Part shown: positions 1 through 8,583 of the stretch, one piece after another
Layout: every line of letters begins with the position of its first letter
Numbering within the stretch: position 1 is the first letter of the stretch
Source: Bdellovibrionales bacterium
GTDB taxonomy: Bacteria > Bdellovibrionota > Bdellovibrionia > Bdellovibrionales > UBA1609
Direction of reading: 5' to 3'
Assembly: GCA_050250515.1 (NCBI GenBank)
Contig: JBFWON010000005.1
Coordinates: forward strand, 968-64,967
DNA: 64,000 nucleotides
The notes under the pieces: model-generated
Told to the model about the DNA's origin: nothing
Databases searched by the model: none
Seen by the model: the letters and a program-made list of their open reading frames with translations, nothing else
Position numbers and translations under genes: made by a program

Positions 1-537
1 GAATAAAAACACCAAGCTCGGGCCCCACCAGCTCATGAGCCACGCCGCCAGTATGGGCCCAAGCATTCGAGAGGTGTGAAAATTGGTGCTGTTCAAGGCG
101 ATGGCCTGCTGAAAATCCTCCCGCGGGACCAACCGAACAATTAAGGCCTGAAAACCGGGGGAATCAAAGGAGACGACCAATCCCTCAATGAGTCCAAACA
201 CCAAAAGATGCCAGACTTCAAGATGACCGAACTCGGTCAGTGCCGCCAGCACCAACGACGAAAGCCCTAGCAATGTTTTGGTTCGCTGAATGAGACGGCG
301 AATGTCGGTCCGATCGACAATCACTCCGGCTTGCAAGATCAAAAACAGGCAGGGTACAGCAATGGCAAGATTCAGATTGCCAAGAGCGCCGCTGCTCCCG
401 GTGGCTTCAACAATAATCCATGATCGGGCGAGGTCGTGTGACCATTGGCCGATCATCGAAAGGGTTTGGGCCACAAAGAACTTGCGAAAGCTCTTGTGGC
501 GAAAAGGTGACAGTCGTTTCTTCAGCTTCTCGTGCAT
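1..537 (-). CDS. MFS transporter, N-terminal portion (gene continues past the left edge)
   Basis: Edge ORF missing from the track because it has no stop in the window. The reverse complement of 1-537 translates without stops as MHEKLKKRLSPFRHKSFRKFFVAQTLSMIGQWSHDLARSWIIVEATGSSGALGNL...DSPGFQALIVRLVPREDFQQAIALNSTNFHTSRMLGPILAAWLM... This pattern is typical of MFS_3/EntS-like exporters. Confidence 0.65.
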   Translation of the reverse strand, partial: MHEKLKKRLSPFRHKSFRKFFVAQTLSMIGQWSHDLARSWIIVEATGSSGALGNLNLAIAVPCLFLILQAGVIVDRTDIRRLIQRTKTLLGLSSLVLAALTEFGHLEVWHLLVFGLIEGLVVSFDSPGFQALIVRLVPREDFQQAIALNSTNFHTSRMLGPILAAWLMSWWGPSLVFLF

Positions 538-619
538 GAGGCAAACCGATTATATAGCTTGATTTCGATTCGGCGACTGAATACTTTTTCCCCATTTCAG
601 AGTTGAAGAGAGGTAGCAA

Positions 620-1543
620 ATGACGCCAAGAGTTAGAGAGATTTTGAGTTGGTATGGTTCAGACAACCCAGGTGTATTGACCAACCTGGCTCGGATGCTC
701 AATCAAGGAACACTGGCTGGTACGGGAAAAATGGTGATCCTACCGGTGGACCAGGGCTTTGAACACGGACCCGCCCGCAGTTTTGCGATGAATCCAGATG
801 CCTATGATCCGAGCTACCACTTTAGCCTAGCCATCGAATCGGGTTGCAATGCCTATGCGGCCCCCCTTGGTTTTATTGAAGCTGCCGCTCGCGAATTTGC
901 GGGTGAGATTCCTTTGATCTTGAAAATTAACAATTCGGATTCACTCTATAAACCTAAGGGCGATCCGATTTCGGCGATGACCTCGGGAATCGACGATGCG
1001 CTTCGCTTGGGTTGCGCAGCCATTGGATTTACCATCTATCCAGGATCGGCTGAGCGTAACAAGCAGTACGAAGAAATTCACGAGGCCGCAGCACAGGCGA
1101 AGAAAGCTGGCCTTGCAGTGGTTATGTGGAGCTATCCCCGTGGTGAGGGACTTAGTAAAGACGGTGAAACCGCCGTCGATGTCGTGGCCTATGCGGCGCA
1201 GATCGCCGCCCAGTTGGGTGCGCACATTATCAAAATCAAACCTCCTTCTGCGCATGTTGAACAACCGGAAGCTGCAAAAGTTTATAAAGAACAAGGCATC
1301 AAGATTGAGAAGCTGAGCGATCGAGCTCGCCACGTGGTCGAGTCTTCTTTCAATGGTCGCCGTATTGTGATCTTCAGCGGCGGCGAAGCGAAAGGTAAGG
1401 AAGCCGTGCTGAGTGAAGTGAAAGAGCTCGCCTTGGGCGGAGCCTTCGGCAGCATTATGGGCCGAAACGCTTTTCAGCGTCCTCGCGCCGAAGCGGTTGA
1501 GTTGTTGAAGCAAGTGATGAATGCCTACCGAGGAAACTTATAG
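620..1543 (+). CDS. fbaB: class I fructose-bisphosphate aldolase (DhnA/FbaB type)
   Basis: 307-aa ORF. LAGTGKMVILPVDQGFEHGP...IESGCNAYAAP...IPLILKINNSDSL matches, from memory, E. coli FbaB (LAGTGYLSILPVDQGVEH...IEAGCN...IPFLVKLNHNETL). A purine-rich RBS precedes ATG 620. Confidence 0.85.
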   Translation: MTPRVREILSWYGSDNPGVLTNLARMLNQGTLAGTGKMVILPVDQGFEHGPARSFAMNPDAYDPSYHFSLAIESGCNAYAAPLGFIEAAAREFAGEIPLILKINNSDSLYKPKGDPISAMTSGIDDALRLGCAAIGFTIYPGSAERNKQYEEIHEAAAQAKKAGLAVVMWSYPRGEGLSKDGETAVDVVAYAAQIAAQLGAHIIKIKPPSAHVEQPEAAKVYKEQGIKIEKLSDRARHVVESSFNGRRIVIFSGGEAKGKEAVLSEVKELALGGAFGSIMGRNAFQRPRAEAVELLKQVMNAYRGNL

Positions 1544-3010
1544 TTGGAGACGAAAGACAATCCCTTAAGAGCCGAAAAGCGCAAGAAACTCTCCCAGCTT
1601 CGTGAGTTGGGACTAGATCCATTTCCTCACAATTTTAAGCCCGATCATAAGGTGGAGCAAATTGTTGGGGCCCATTCGAATCTGCAAGCGGGTGAACGCG
1701 CCGGTGTAGTCACTATGGCCGGTCGCTTGATGACCCGTCGAGATATGGGAAAGGCCGCGTTCTTTAATTTTCAAGATCAGACGGGAGCTCTGCAGGGCTA
1801 CGTCAAACTCGAGGAGTTGCCGGAGAAAGATCGACAATTCTTTGAGCACGTGGATCTGGGGGATTGGATCGGTTTTACCGGTGAAGTATTCAAGACTAAA
1901 AAAGGTGAGCTTTCCATTCATTGCAAATCCTTTCAAATTATTTGCAAGACCATAGAACCTCTTCCCGAAAAGTTCCATGGTGTGGCAGACGTTGAAATTA
2001 AGTATCGCCATCGCCATTTGGATTTATTGAGTGATCCTGAATCGCGACAAGTCTTTATGACCCGATCCAAAATTATTCGCGAAGTCCGACGATTTTTGGA
2101 CGACCGTGGTTTTTTGGAGGTCGAGACGCCGGTTCTTCAACCGATTTACGGTGGAGCCGCCGCCTATCCATTTTCGACCCATCACCGGGCTCTCGATATG
2201 AAGCTCTTTTTAAAGATTTCACCAGAGCTTTACCTCAAACGGCTGATCGTCGGGGGATTTGAAAAGGTCTACGAGATCAGCAAATGTTTTCGAAATGAAG
2301 GCATCGATCGTTCACATAACCCCGAGTTCGCCTTGTTAGAGTACTACGAAGCCTACACAGATTATTTTGATCAGATGAAGCAGTTCGAAGAACTGGTTGG
2401 GCATGTGGTAAAATCCGTCAAGGGTTCCTACAGATTTCAGTATCAGGGCAAAGACATCGACTTTACTCCCCCGTGGCGCCGGCTCTCAATTCTAGAGGGA
2501 ATCAAGGAGTATGGTGGTTTTGATCCGCAGCAGATGTCGGACGCCGAGCTATTCAAGAAATTGAAATCCATCGGTTCAGACTTGGAGAAGCCTGGTAGTC
2601 GTGGCGAAATGTGGATGGAAGCCTTCGAACTGGTGGCCGAAAAACATTTGTGGAATCCCACATTCGTGATCGATTTTCCTGTCGAGGTCTCGCCTTTGAC
2701 AAAGTCTCATCGTTCGATTCCTGGTTTGGTGGAACGATTTGAGCCGATCGCGGCGCATATGGAGATCGGCAATTCCTATACGGAACTCAATGACCCAGAA
2801 GAGCAGAGAAAACGTCTTGAGGAACAGGAAGCCCAGCGGGTTGTGGATGAAGAGGCGCAGCCTATGGACGAAGATTTCTTGCATGCCATTGAGACCGGCA
2901 TGCCGCCAACGGGCGGTGTGGGGATCGGTATCGAACGATTGGTTATGTTTTTGACTGACCGCCCGAGTATTCGCGACATCATCCTATTTCCGACGATGAG
3001 GTTTAAGTGA
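1544..3010 (+). CDS. lysS: lysine--tRNA ligase (class II)
   Basis: 488-aa ORF. The N-terminus RAEKRKKLSQLRELGLDPFPHNF, the FRNEGID motif and the C-terminal PPTGGVGIGIERLVMFLT are LysRS hallmarks. The TTG start directly follows the fbaB stop. Confidence 0.9.
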   Translation: METKDNPLRAEKRKKLSQLRELGLDPFPHNFKPDHKVEQIVGAHSNLQAGERAGVVTMAGRLMTRRDMGKAAFFNFQDQTGALQGYVKLEELPEKDRQFFEHVDLGDWIGFTGEVFKTKKGELSIHCKSFQIICKTIEPLPEKFHGVADVEIKYRHRHLDLLSDPESRQVFMTRSKIIREVRRFLDDRGFLEVETPVLQPIYGGAAAYPFSTHHRALDMKLFLKISPELYLKRLIVGGFEKVYEISKCFRNEGIDRSHNPEFALLEYYEAYTDYFDQMKQFEELVGHVVKSVKGSYRFQYQGKDIDFTPPWRRLSILEGIKEYGGFDPQQMSDAELFKKLKSIGSDLEKPGSRGEMWMEAFELVAEKHLWNPTFVIDFPVEVSPLTKSHRSIPGLVERFEPIAAHMEIGNSYTELNDPEEQRKRLEEQEAQRVVDEEAQPMDEDFLHAIETGMPPTGGVGIGIERLVMFLTDRPSIRDIILFPTMRFK

Positions 3011-3888
3011 GGCCCTATCAGGCTTCCATCATTCGATTTGGAACAGGGCTTTTATCGATCTTTTTGTTTTTGGGCTGCCAAAGCAAACCTACCCGTGTGG
3101 GTGAGTCCCAATCTCGAGAATTTGCCTTGATTATTGACAAGGTCGACAAGCCCCTAAAGTTAAGCGATCATTCGGTCATCTTGGATGCTCGATCTTCGTT
3201 CGACTATGGGTTGAATCGGGTGACGGGATCTCAGCATTTGACCTGGGAAAGTTTGGCCGAATCCTCCCAAACAGGGGAGCTTATGCGCGATCGGCGCAGA
3301 TTGGCCCAGCGACTGGCACTTTTTGGTTTGAAGCCCGACCGACCTATCATCGTTCTTGGAAATGGTCCTCGCGGTGGGGGTGAGGAAGGTCGGCTCGCAT
3401 GGACCCTCGTCTATTTTGGTTTTCGGGATGTACAAATTTCGTCGGTGGAACTGTTTCGCAAGAATATGACACAATTGCCCTCACCGGCCCCGGAAAATGT
3501 GGAACCTACGGATTTGGAAGGGAACTTTGGACTTGTCGTGGACAAAAAGGAGTTCCAGCGCTGGGCTGAGAATCCGAAGGACCGGGCAGAAAGTCGGGTT
3601 TGGATCTTAGATGTTCGAAGCGAAGGCGAGTATTTCAATAAGACTAAGGGAGCCCCGAAGGTGGTCGACATCGGAGCCCTCAACGTGGAGTGGAAGCAGT
3701 TTTTTACGGACATGGGCCGACCCAATGTAAAAATACGTGAGATATTGGCGGCTCTTGGTGTGCAACCTAAGGATCGTATTATTGTGGTGAGTAACAAAGG
3801 AATTCGATCATCAGCTGCGGCCTATGCCCTTCTCGCCATAGGTTTTCATCGCGTTGAAAATTTTTTGGCGGGCTATCGAATTCTTTGA
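3007..3888 (+). CDS. rhodanese-domain lipoprotein (putative sulfurtransferase)
   Basis: 293 aa. The GTG start overlaps the lysS stop (GTGA). Signal and lipobox LFLGC. There are two rhodanese-like halves (ILDARS...; ILDVRSEGEY...IVVSNKGIRSSAAAYAL). Confidence 0.65.
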   Translation: MRPYQASIIRFGTGLLSIFLFLGCQSKPTRVGESQSREFALIIDKVDKPLKLSDHSVILDARSSFDYGLNRVTGSQHLTWESLAESSQTGELMRDRRRLAQRLALFGLKPDRPIIVLGNGPRGGGEEGRLAWTLVYFGFRDVQISSVELFRKNMTQLPSPAPENVEPTDLEGNFGLVVDKKEFQRWAENPKDRAESRVWILDVRSEGEYFNKTKGAPKVVDIGALNVEWKQFFTDMGRPNVKIREILAALGVQPKDRIIVVSNKGIRSSAAAYALLAIGFHRVENFLAGYRIL

Positions 3889-3920
3889 TTTCGACTCCGC
3901 AAACCAGGTCATCCAGATAA

Positions 3921-4415
3921 TTACTTCTTTAGATTTTTGATTTGATTCACAACGCTGGACATCTCTTGGCTGGATTCCAAATCTAATGTTCCGCTGAGGT
4001 TCTGACCAAATTGCTCCGTAATCCATTGAAGGCGATCCAGAAATCGGTCGTCGATGGCCAGCTGGCCTCCCGTCGAGTCTAGATCGGAGATCATTTTCTC
4101 GAGGATTTCCGTTGCGTCTAATAAAAAGGCCACCACAACAGAAGTAAGGTTGGGGTTGTTGCTCACCCGCGAGGCCTTATACGAAACCACCTTACACAGT
4201 TTGCCGTAAAGGCCAATTCGATGATTGGTCTCGGCCAAGCTGGGGGTCATACTGGCAATGGTGTCAGCCGTGCCCATAATCCGGTCAACTAAGTTCCCAT
4301 ATTTCTGTAGCTGGGAAAATTGCGAAGGGTCCTCTTCAATCTCCTCAAGAATAGTCACAAGTTGACCCACTAGCTCCAAAGACTCAGACTGAAATTGTTG
4401 AACGAGTTCGTCCAT
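3921..4415 (-). CDS. Hpt-like four-helix protein (hypothetical)
   Basis: I trimmed the track ORF 3921..4496 to ATG 4415 (MDELVQQF...). The longer TTG start would overlap the divergent gene. The sequence is helical and acidic, with a segment YGNLVDRIMGTADTI resembling the CheA-P1/Hpt FRxxHTIKGSA region but without the His. Confidence 0.4.
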   Translation of the reverse strand: MDELVQQFQSESLELVGQLVTILEEIEEDPSQFSQLQKYGNLVDRIMGTADTIASMTPSLAETNHRIGLYGKLCKVVSYKASRVSNNPNLTSVVVAFLLDATEILEKMISDLDSTGGQLAIDDRFLDRLQWITEQFGQNLSGTLDLESSQEMSSVVNQIKNLKK

Positions 4416-4445
4416 CTTTGAACAGGCTAGCAACGGCTGTAGGAA

Positions 4446-5375
4446 ATGACAATGAACTTTACTTCCATTCGGGTGAGCTCGCTTCGAGGCGATCAAAAAA
4501 TTGATTTTGATGTCTATGTGGAAATTGGCGCCAAACAGGTCCTCTACCTTCGTAAGGGTTCCAGCTTTGAGGGTGAGCGGCTTCAGCGGCTGCGGGCAAA
4601 GAAGCTCAAGAAAATGTACATCAACGTGGACGACGAAAGTTCTTACCGGGAGTATCTCAAAAAAAATATAGACATGGCCTATGACGCCAAATCTAGTCAG
4701 TCCATGGAAACGCGGACCCAGGTGATTCAGGGGGCACAGCAGGCGGCCGCCGAAAATGTTTTAGAAAATCCAACGGACGAGAGTGCTTATCTGGTGGCGA
4801 AAGAAGGCTCAGAAAAATTTGCCGATTTTTTGATGCGAGAGCAGCAGGCTATCAAGGGTCTTCTGTCTATTGAGAACCAGGATCACAGTTTGGCTCATCA
4901 CGGAGTTTCTGTTTCTAGTCTTGCGGTTGAGCTTGCTAAGAAACTGGGAGTGGCGGATAAGCCCAGTCTTTCTATGATCGCACTCGGTGGGTTGGTACAC
5001 GATCTAGGACATCAGATTTCCGGCCTAGATGTGGCTCGACCAGTCGATCAAATGAGTGAAGACGACAGAAAAATATACTTCGATCATCCCCATCAAGGGG
5101 TGCTCAAGGTCAAGGATCTCAATCACATGGATCTACACGTAAGTCAGATCATCGCTGAGCATGAGGAAAACTGCAAAGGTACCGGCTTTCCCGACAAATC
5201 TTTGCCACAAAAACAAAATCCATTTTCAGCCTTCGTGCAAACGGCGAATGGATTTGACCGTCTCGTCACTTTTGAAAACATGAAAGCGGCGGATGCGATC
5301 AAGTTCTTAGCCATTGAGCGAATTGGAGTTTACCCTCTGGAGCACATCAAGGCGCTTAAAGCGATTGGTGGCTGA
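4446..5375 (+). CDS. HD-GYP-family protein, variant motif (GFP instead of GYP)
   Basis: 309 aa. Motifs HHGVSVSSLAVELA, GGLVHDLGH, HPHQG and EHEENCKGTGFPDK correspond to the HD-GYP layout. The N-terminal ~80 aa are paralogous to the N-terminus of the 7579..8529 protein. Confidence 0.75.
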   Translation: MTMNFTSIRVSSLRGDQKIDFDVYVEIGAKQVLYLRKGSSFEGERLQRLRAKKLKKMYINVDDESSYREYLKKNIDMAYDAKSSQSMETRTQVIQGAQQAAAENVLENPTDESAYLVAKEGSEKFADFLMREQQAIKGLLSIENQDHSLAHHGVSVSSLAVELAKKLGVADKPSLSMIALGGLVHDLGHQISGLDVARPVDQMSEDDRKIYFDHPHQGVLKVKDLNHMDLHVSQIIAEHEENCKGTGFPDKSLPQKQNPFSAFVQTANGFDRLVTFENMKAADAIKFLAIERIGVYPLEHIKALKAIGG

Positions 5376-5378
5376 CCT

Positions 5379-6233
5379 CTATCTTGCGCAGTCTCTCACC
5401 TTCTCTGGGTTTTCTGGATTGGGTATAAGCGGATCATTTTGGACGACCGAGAAGTCCTCGATAGCGCAGTTCAAAATCCACAAACGGAGAAGCTTAAGAC
5501 GTAAAGAATCCAATGGATCATATCCCTTCTTGGCCGGGGGCATCGACTGTGTTACAGCCGCCGCGTGATAGATCTTGCTGGTTTCCGGATTGCCTTTTGT
5601 TACGACCGGCGTGAAGGGATTAAAAAGGCTGGCATAATCGGTCAAGTTGGCCGAGTAGGTGATGGCGTCACGGTCGGGAGACTCGCCCTTAAGAGAATGA
5701 CACTTGGTGCACGCGTAACCGATGACGTACTTTCGTACAAGGGTGTAATCGATCTTTTCAGGATGGCGAAAGTAAGGTCTTAGTTCCTCCTTCAATGTTG
5801 GAGGCCTTTCCACTTTATCAGTGCCGGAGTCTTTTGCGCCATTTTGAATCCAAAAATAAACTAGCTGCTTTTGTTCTTCGCTCAATGGGGCTCTATCTTG
5901 TGGTGGCATCTGACGTTTGCCAGTGGCGAAAAGCGCAGTGTAGAGCGGACTTGCCGGGGCATTAAAGGGTTCGACCAGCTTTCGATCGCCCGCCTGGAGG
6001 CTAGATCCGTAGTGGGTGAGATCTATGCCATCTTTTTTGCGCTCGGAATCGTGGCAGTCCAGACAATGTTTTTCAAAAACCAAATCTCTAACCGTTTGAA
6101 AGGTAATGGTGTCCGGAGAGGACAAGGCATCTTTCAGGGCCGGGCTGTCAGAGCCCGGCGGAGAGCTCATCACTTGGTGTTTAGCACCGCAACCCGCAGT
6201 CGCGACGATAATCAGGATGAGCCACGACCTCAC
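5379..6233 (-). CDS. di-haem c-type cytochrome lipoprotein
   Basis: 284 aa. Signal and lipobox ATAGC. Two CxxCH motifs (CLDCH, CTKCH). The GTG start overlaps the stop of the upstream yceI-like gene (GTGA). Confidence 0.6.
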   Translation of the reverse strand: MRSWLILIIVATAGCGAKHQVMSSPPGSDSPALKDALSSPDTITFQTVRDLVFEKHCLDCHDSERKKDGIDLTHYGSSLQAGDRKLVEPFNAPASPLYTALFATGKRQMPPQDRAPLSEEQKQLVYFWIQNGAKDSGTDKVERPPTLKEELRPYFRHPEKIDYTLVRKYVIGYACTKCHSLKGESPDRDAITYSANLTDYASLFNPFTPVVTKGNPETSKIYHAAAVTQSMPPAKKGYDPLDSLRLKLLRLWILNCAIEDFSVVQNDPLIPNPENPEKVRDCAR

Positions 6234-6790
6234 TGCTGGATCGCCTCAATGTTAAGAGTCAGACTCACTTCATCACCAGCGACCGCGAGGAGGGAATTCA
6301 TTCCAAATGCGCTGCGCTTGATCTTGCCTACCGCCTTGTAACCGGCGCGAACATCACCCAAAGGACCAGAGCCTGCACCTATCGCTGTAATTTCAAGCCG
6401 AACTGGTTGAGTGGCTCCATGCATAGTTAGTAGGCCTTCCATCGAAACGGGATTGCCTTCGCCATCATATTGGACAGCTGTGGATTGAAACGACATTTTC
6501 GGAAAAACTGAGACATTGAAGAAGTCGGCAGAACGAAGGTGGGAGTCCCTTTGAGCGACCTTTGTGTTGATGCTACTGGGGTCAATCTCAACGGCTACAG
6601 TTGAAGCCCCATTGGGATTGAATTCAATGGTTCCACTTAGTTTATCGAAGCGTCCCACCACTAAGCTAATGCCTAAGTGGCTCACTTCGAATCCGACATT
6701 GCTGTGGTCGGCATCAATAGTGTAGTGCCCCGCGGGCGCTGTTGCGGCCGAAGCCATCGCGGTAAAAAGACTGAAAATTGCAGCTATCAT
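6230..6790 (-). CDS. YceI-family periplasmic protein
   Basis: YTIDADHSNVGFEVSHLGISLVVGRFDKLSGTIEF is the YceI signature. I chose the start at ATG 6790 (MIAAIFSLFTAMASA signal peptide), which is preceded by AAGGGGGA. Confidence 0.8.
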   Translation of the reverse strand: MIAAIFSLFTAMASAATAPAGHYTIDADHSNVGFEVSHLGISLVVGRFDKLSGTIEFNPNGASTVAVEIDPSSINTKVAQRDSHLRSADFFNVSVFPKMSFQSTAVQYDGEGNPVSMEGLLTMHGATQPVRLEITAIGAGSGPLGDVRAGYKAVGKIKRSAFGMNSLLAVAGDEVSLTLNIEAIQQ

Positions 6791-6894
6791 AAGATCCCCC
6801 TTTTGCTTCCCACCGTCTACCACCGGCCCAATTGAAACGTAAATGGAATTTCAGTATTGATTCCATAGTGAAAAGCTATGGCCGCCTTCTCCTC

Positions 6895-7521
6895 TCACTT
6901 GGGCATGCGGGGCGGCCAATCGGGGCGAAAACCGCCAGGCAAGTGATCCGGCCATTGTACAGGAATCTCAGGGGCTGGCGCAGGTGCTACCTCAGGTTGG
7001 GGCTTAGCCGCGAGCGGTGTTGAATCGGACCCCAAAAGTTGCCAATCCATTTCGTCTCGGAATCGGGGGTAGGCAGGGTAGGGGCCGTAGGGCCTCTCGG
7101 GAGGATTTCGAACGGTTGGAGATTCTACGATGCCCAAATTGACTCTATTTAACTCCGTGTCGACAAGAGCCGTTAACTCCTGGATCTTGGGTTCGATGTC
7201 AGCTCCGCGCACGGTGTAGAGCCCGCGAATTTCATTTACTAAGGCGATCAAACCATCCACGATCGGCCGAAATCCAGCCAGGTCCTCGTCAGGAGCGACG
7301 ACTTGAAAAGCCTCTCCCATCAATTTCTTCTTAAAGAGAACTCTGTCCAAATTGCCAGAGGTTTCAGCAACGGCGCGGGCAAGGTCATTGACTCTTTCTT
7401 GCAGCTCGTCGCTCACCAAAATCCGTTCACACTTCTGCATTTTCCGCGTTGGTTTAGCCGCCCATGTTTGTGCCGCAAATATAATCGATAATAGAAAAAC
7501 TACAGTGCGAATCATACCCAT
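6895..7521 (-). CDS. secreted hypothetical protein with Pro-rich C-terminus
   Basis: 208 aa. RBS AAGGGAG before the ATG. Signal peptide MGMIRTVVFLLSIIFAAQTWA. I recognised no family. Confidence 0.45.
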   Translation of the reverse strand: MGMIRTVVFLLSIIFAAQTWAAKPTRKMQKCERILVSDELQERVNDLARAVAETSGNLDRVLFKKKLMGEAFQVVAPDEDLAGFRPIVDGLIALVNEIRGLYTVRGADIEPKIQELTALVDTELNRVNLGIVESPTVRNPPERPYGPYPAYPRFRDEMDWQLLGSDSTPLAAKPQPEVAPAPAPEIPVQWPDHLPGGFRPDWPPRMPK

Positions 7522-7578
7522 ACTCCCTTTGGCTTAGATGAACTCGAATAGGGAATAGGTTTTCAATATTTGTGCCGA

Positions 7579-8529
7579 CTATGCGGCGACTTTGAGTTTC
7601 TGAAAGATTTCGACCAGCGCGCGCATCACTTCGGGGTCAAAGCGACCCTTAAGCTTTCCGGCCATGAGGTCAATGGCGTCGGTAGGGAGCATGGGATCAT
7701 TGTACGATCGTTTGGTCGTCAGAGCATCGTAGGTGTCAGCAACACTTACCACTCGTGCCATCGGATGAATTTCTTCAGCCGACAAAGCCTGCGGGTAGCC
7801 ATTGCCGAGAAGACTTTCATGATGTTCAAATGCACATGCGATCACATTTTCGGTGGAACGGTGTTCACTTAGAATTTTAAGACCAAATTGCGGATGCTTT
7901 TGCATCATGACCCACTCTTCATCGGTCAGAGGACCGGCCTTGCAAATAATGTCGAGTGGAATAAAGCGCTTGCCGATGTCGTGAAAAAGCCCCCCGAGTC
8001 CTAGCTCTTTTAAGTCAGCTCCACGAAAGCCCACAATTTGTCCGAGGCCTAGGGAGTAGATACTAACATCCAAGGAGTGATTGTAAGTGTAGAAGTCGTG
8101 ACTGGACAAGCCGATCAGATTCACCATGGCGGCCGCATCAGCATCCATAAAGGCAACGAAATCTTCGATCACTTGGCGAGAGTCGCGCAAAGCGTTTTCA
8201 ATGTCTGGTCGCTCAAAAAGTTCTTCAACCAAGACCATGGTGCTCTCACGCAAAATCAGTGCTTTTTGTTTAGTGTCGAGATCGTCGCTCACCAAGCCCT
8301 CGCGCACAAAGCTTTGATAGTTCGCGCGCTCCGCTGCCAAAATATAAAAAGATTCGGGCGCCTTTTTCTCAAAGTGATCGATCTTAAGAGCACTCAATTG
8401 ATCACCGGCTCGGAGGTAATGGATCACTCGACTTCCAATCATAACAAAGAGGTCAAACGGGATCTTTCTATGAGGTGGAAGGCTGTTCAGCCGGATCTTC
8501 ATATACTGGTCAAGACTCATGATTTCCAT
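7579..8529 (-). CDS. HD-GYP domain c-di-GMP phosphodiesterase
   Basis: Canonical motifs HSLDVSIY, GGLFHDIGK, HPQFG, FEHHESLLGNGYPQ and SVADTYDALTTKRSY. I trimmed the track ORF to ATG 8529 (MEIMSLDQ...), because the 8679 start would overlap recG divergently by ~95 nt. Confidence 0.85.
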   Translation of the reverse strand: MEIMSLDQYMKIRLNSLPPHRKIPFDLFVMIGSRVIHYLRAGDQLSALKIDHFEKKAPESFYILAAERANYQSFVREGLVSDDLDTKQKALILRESTMVLVEELFERPDIENALRDSRQVIEDFVAFMDADAAAMVNLIGLSSHDFYTYNHSLDVSIYSLGLGQIVGFRGADLKELGLGGLFHDIGKRFIPLDIICKAGPLTDEEWVMMQKHPQFGLKILSEHRSTENVIACAFEHHESLLGNGYPQALSAEEIHPMARVVSVADTYDALTTKRSYNDPMLPTDAIDLMAGKLKGRFDPEVMRALVEIFQKLKVAA

Positions 8530-8583
8530 TCTGCCATGGAACCATTGACTCTCCAACCAGAGATGGCATGTTAAGGGACCTGA

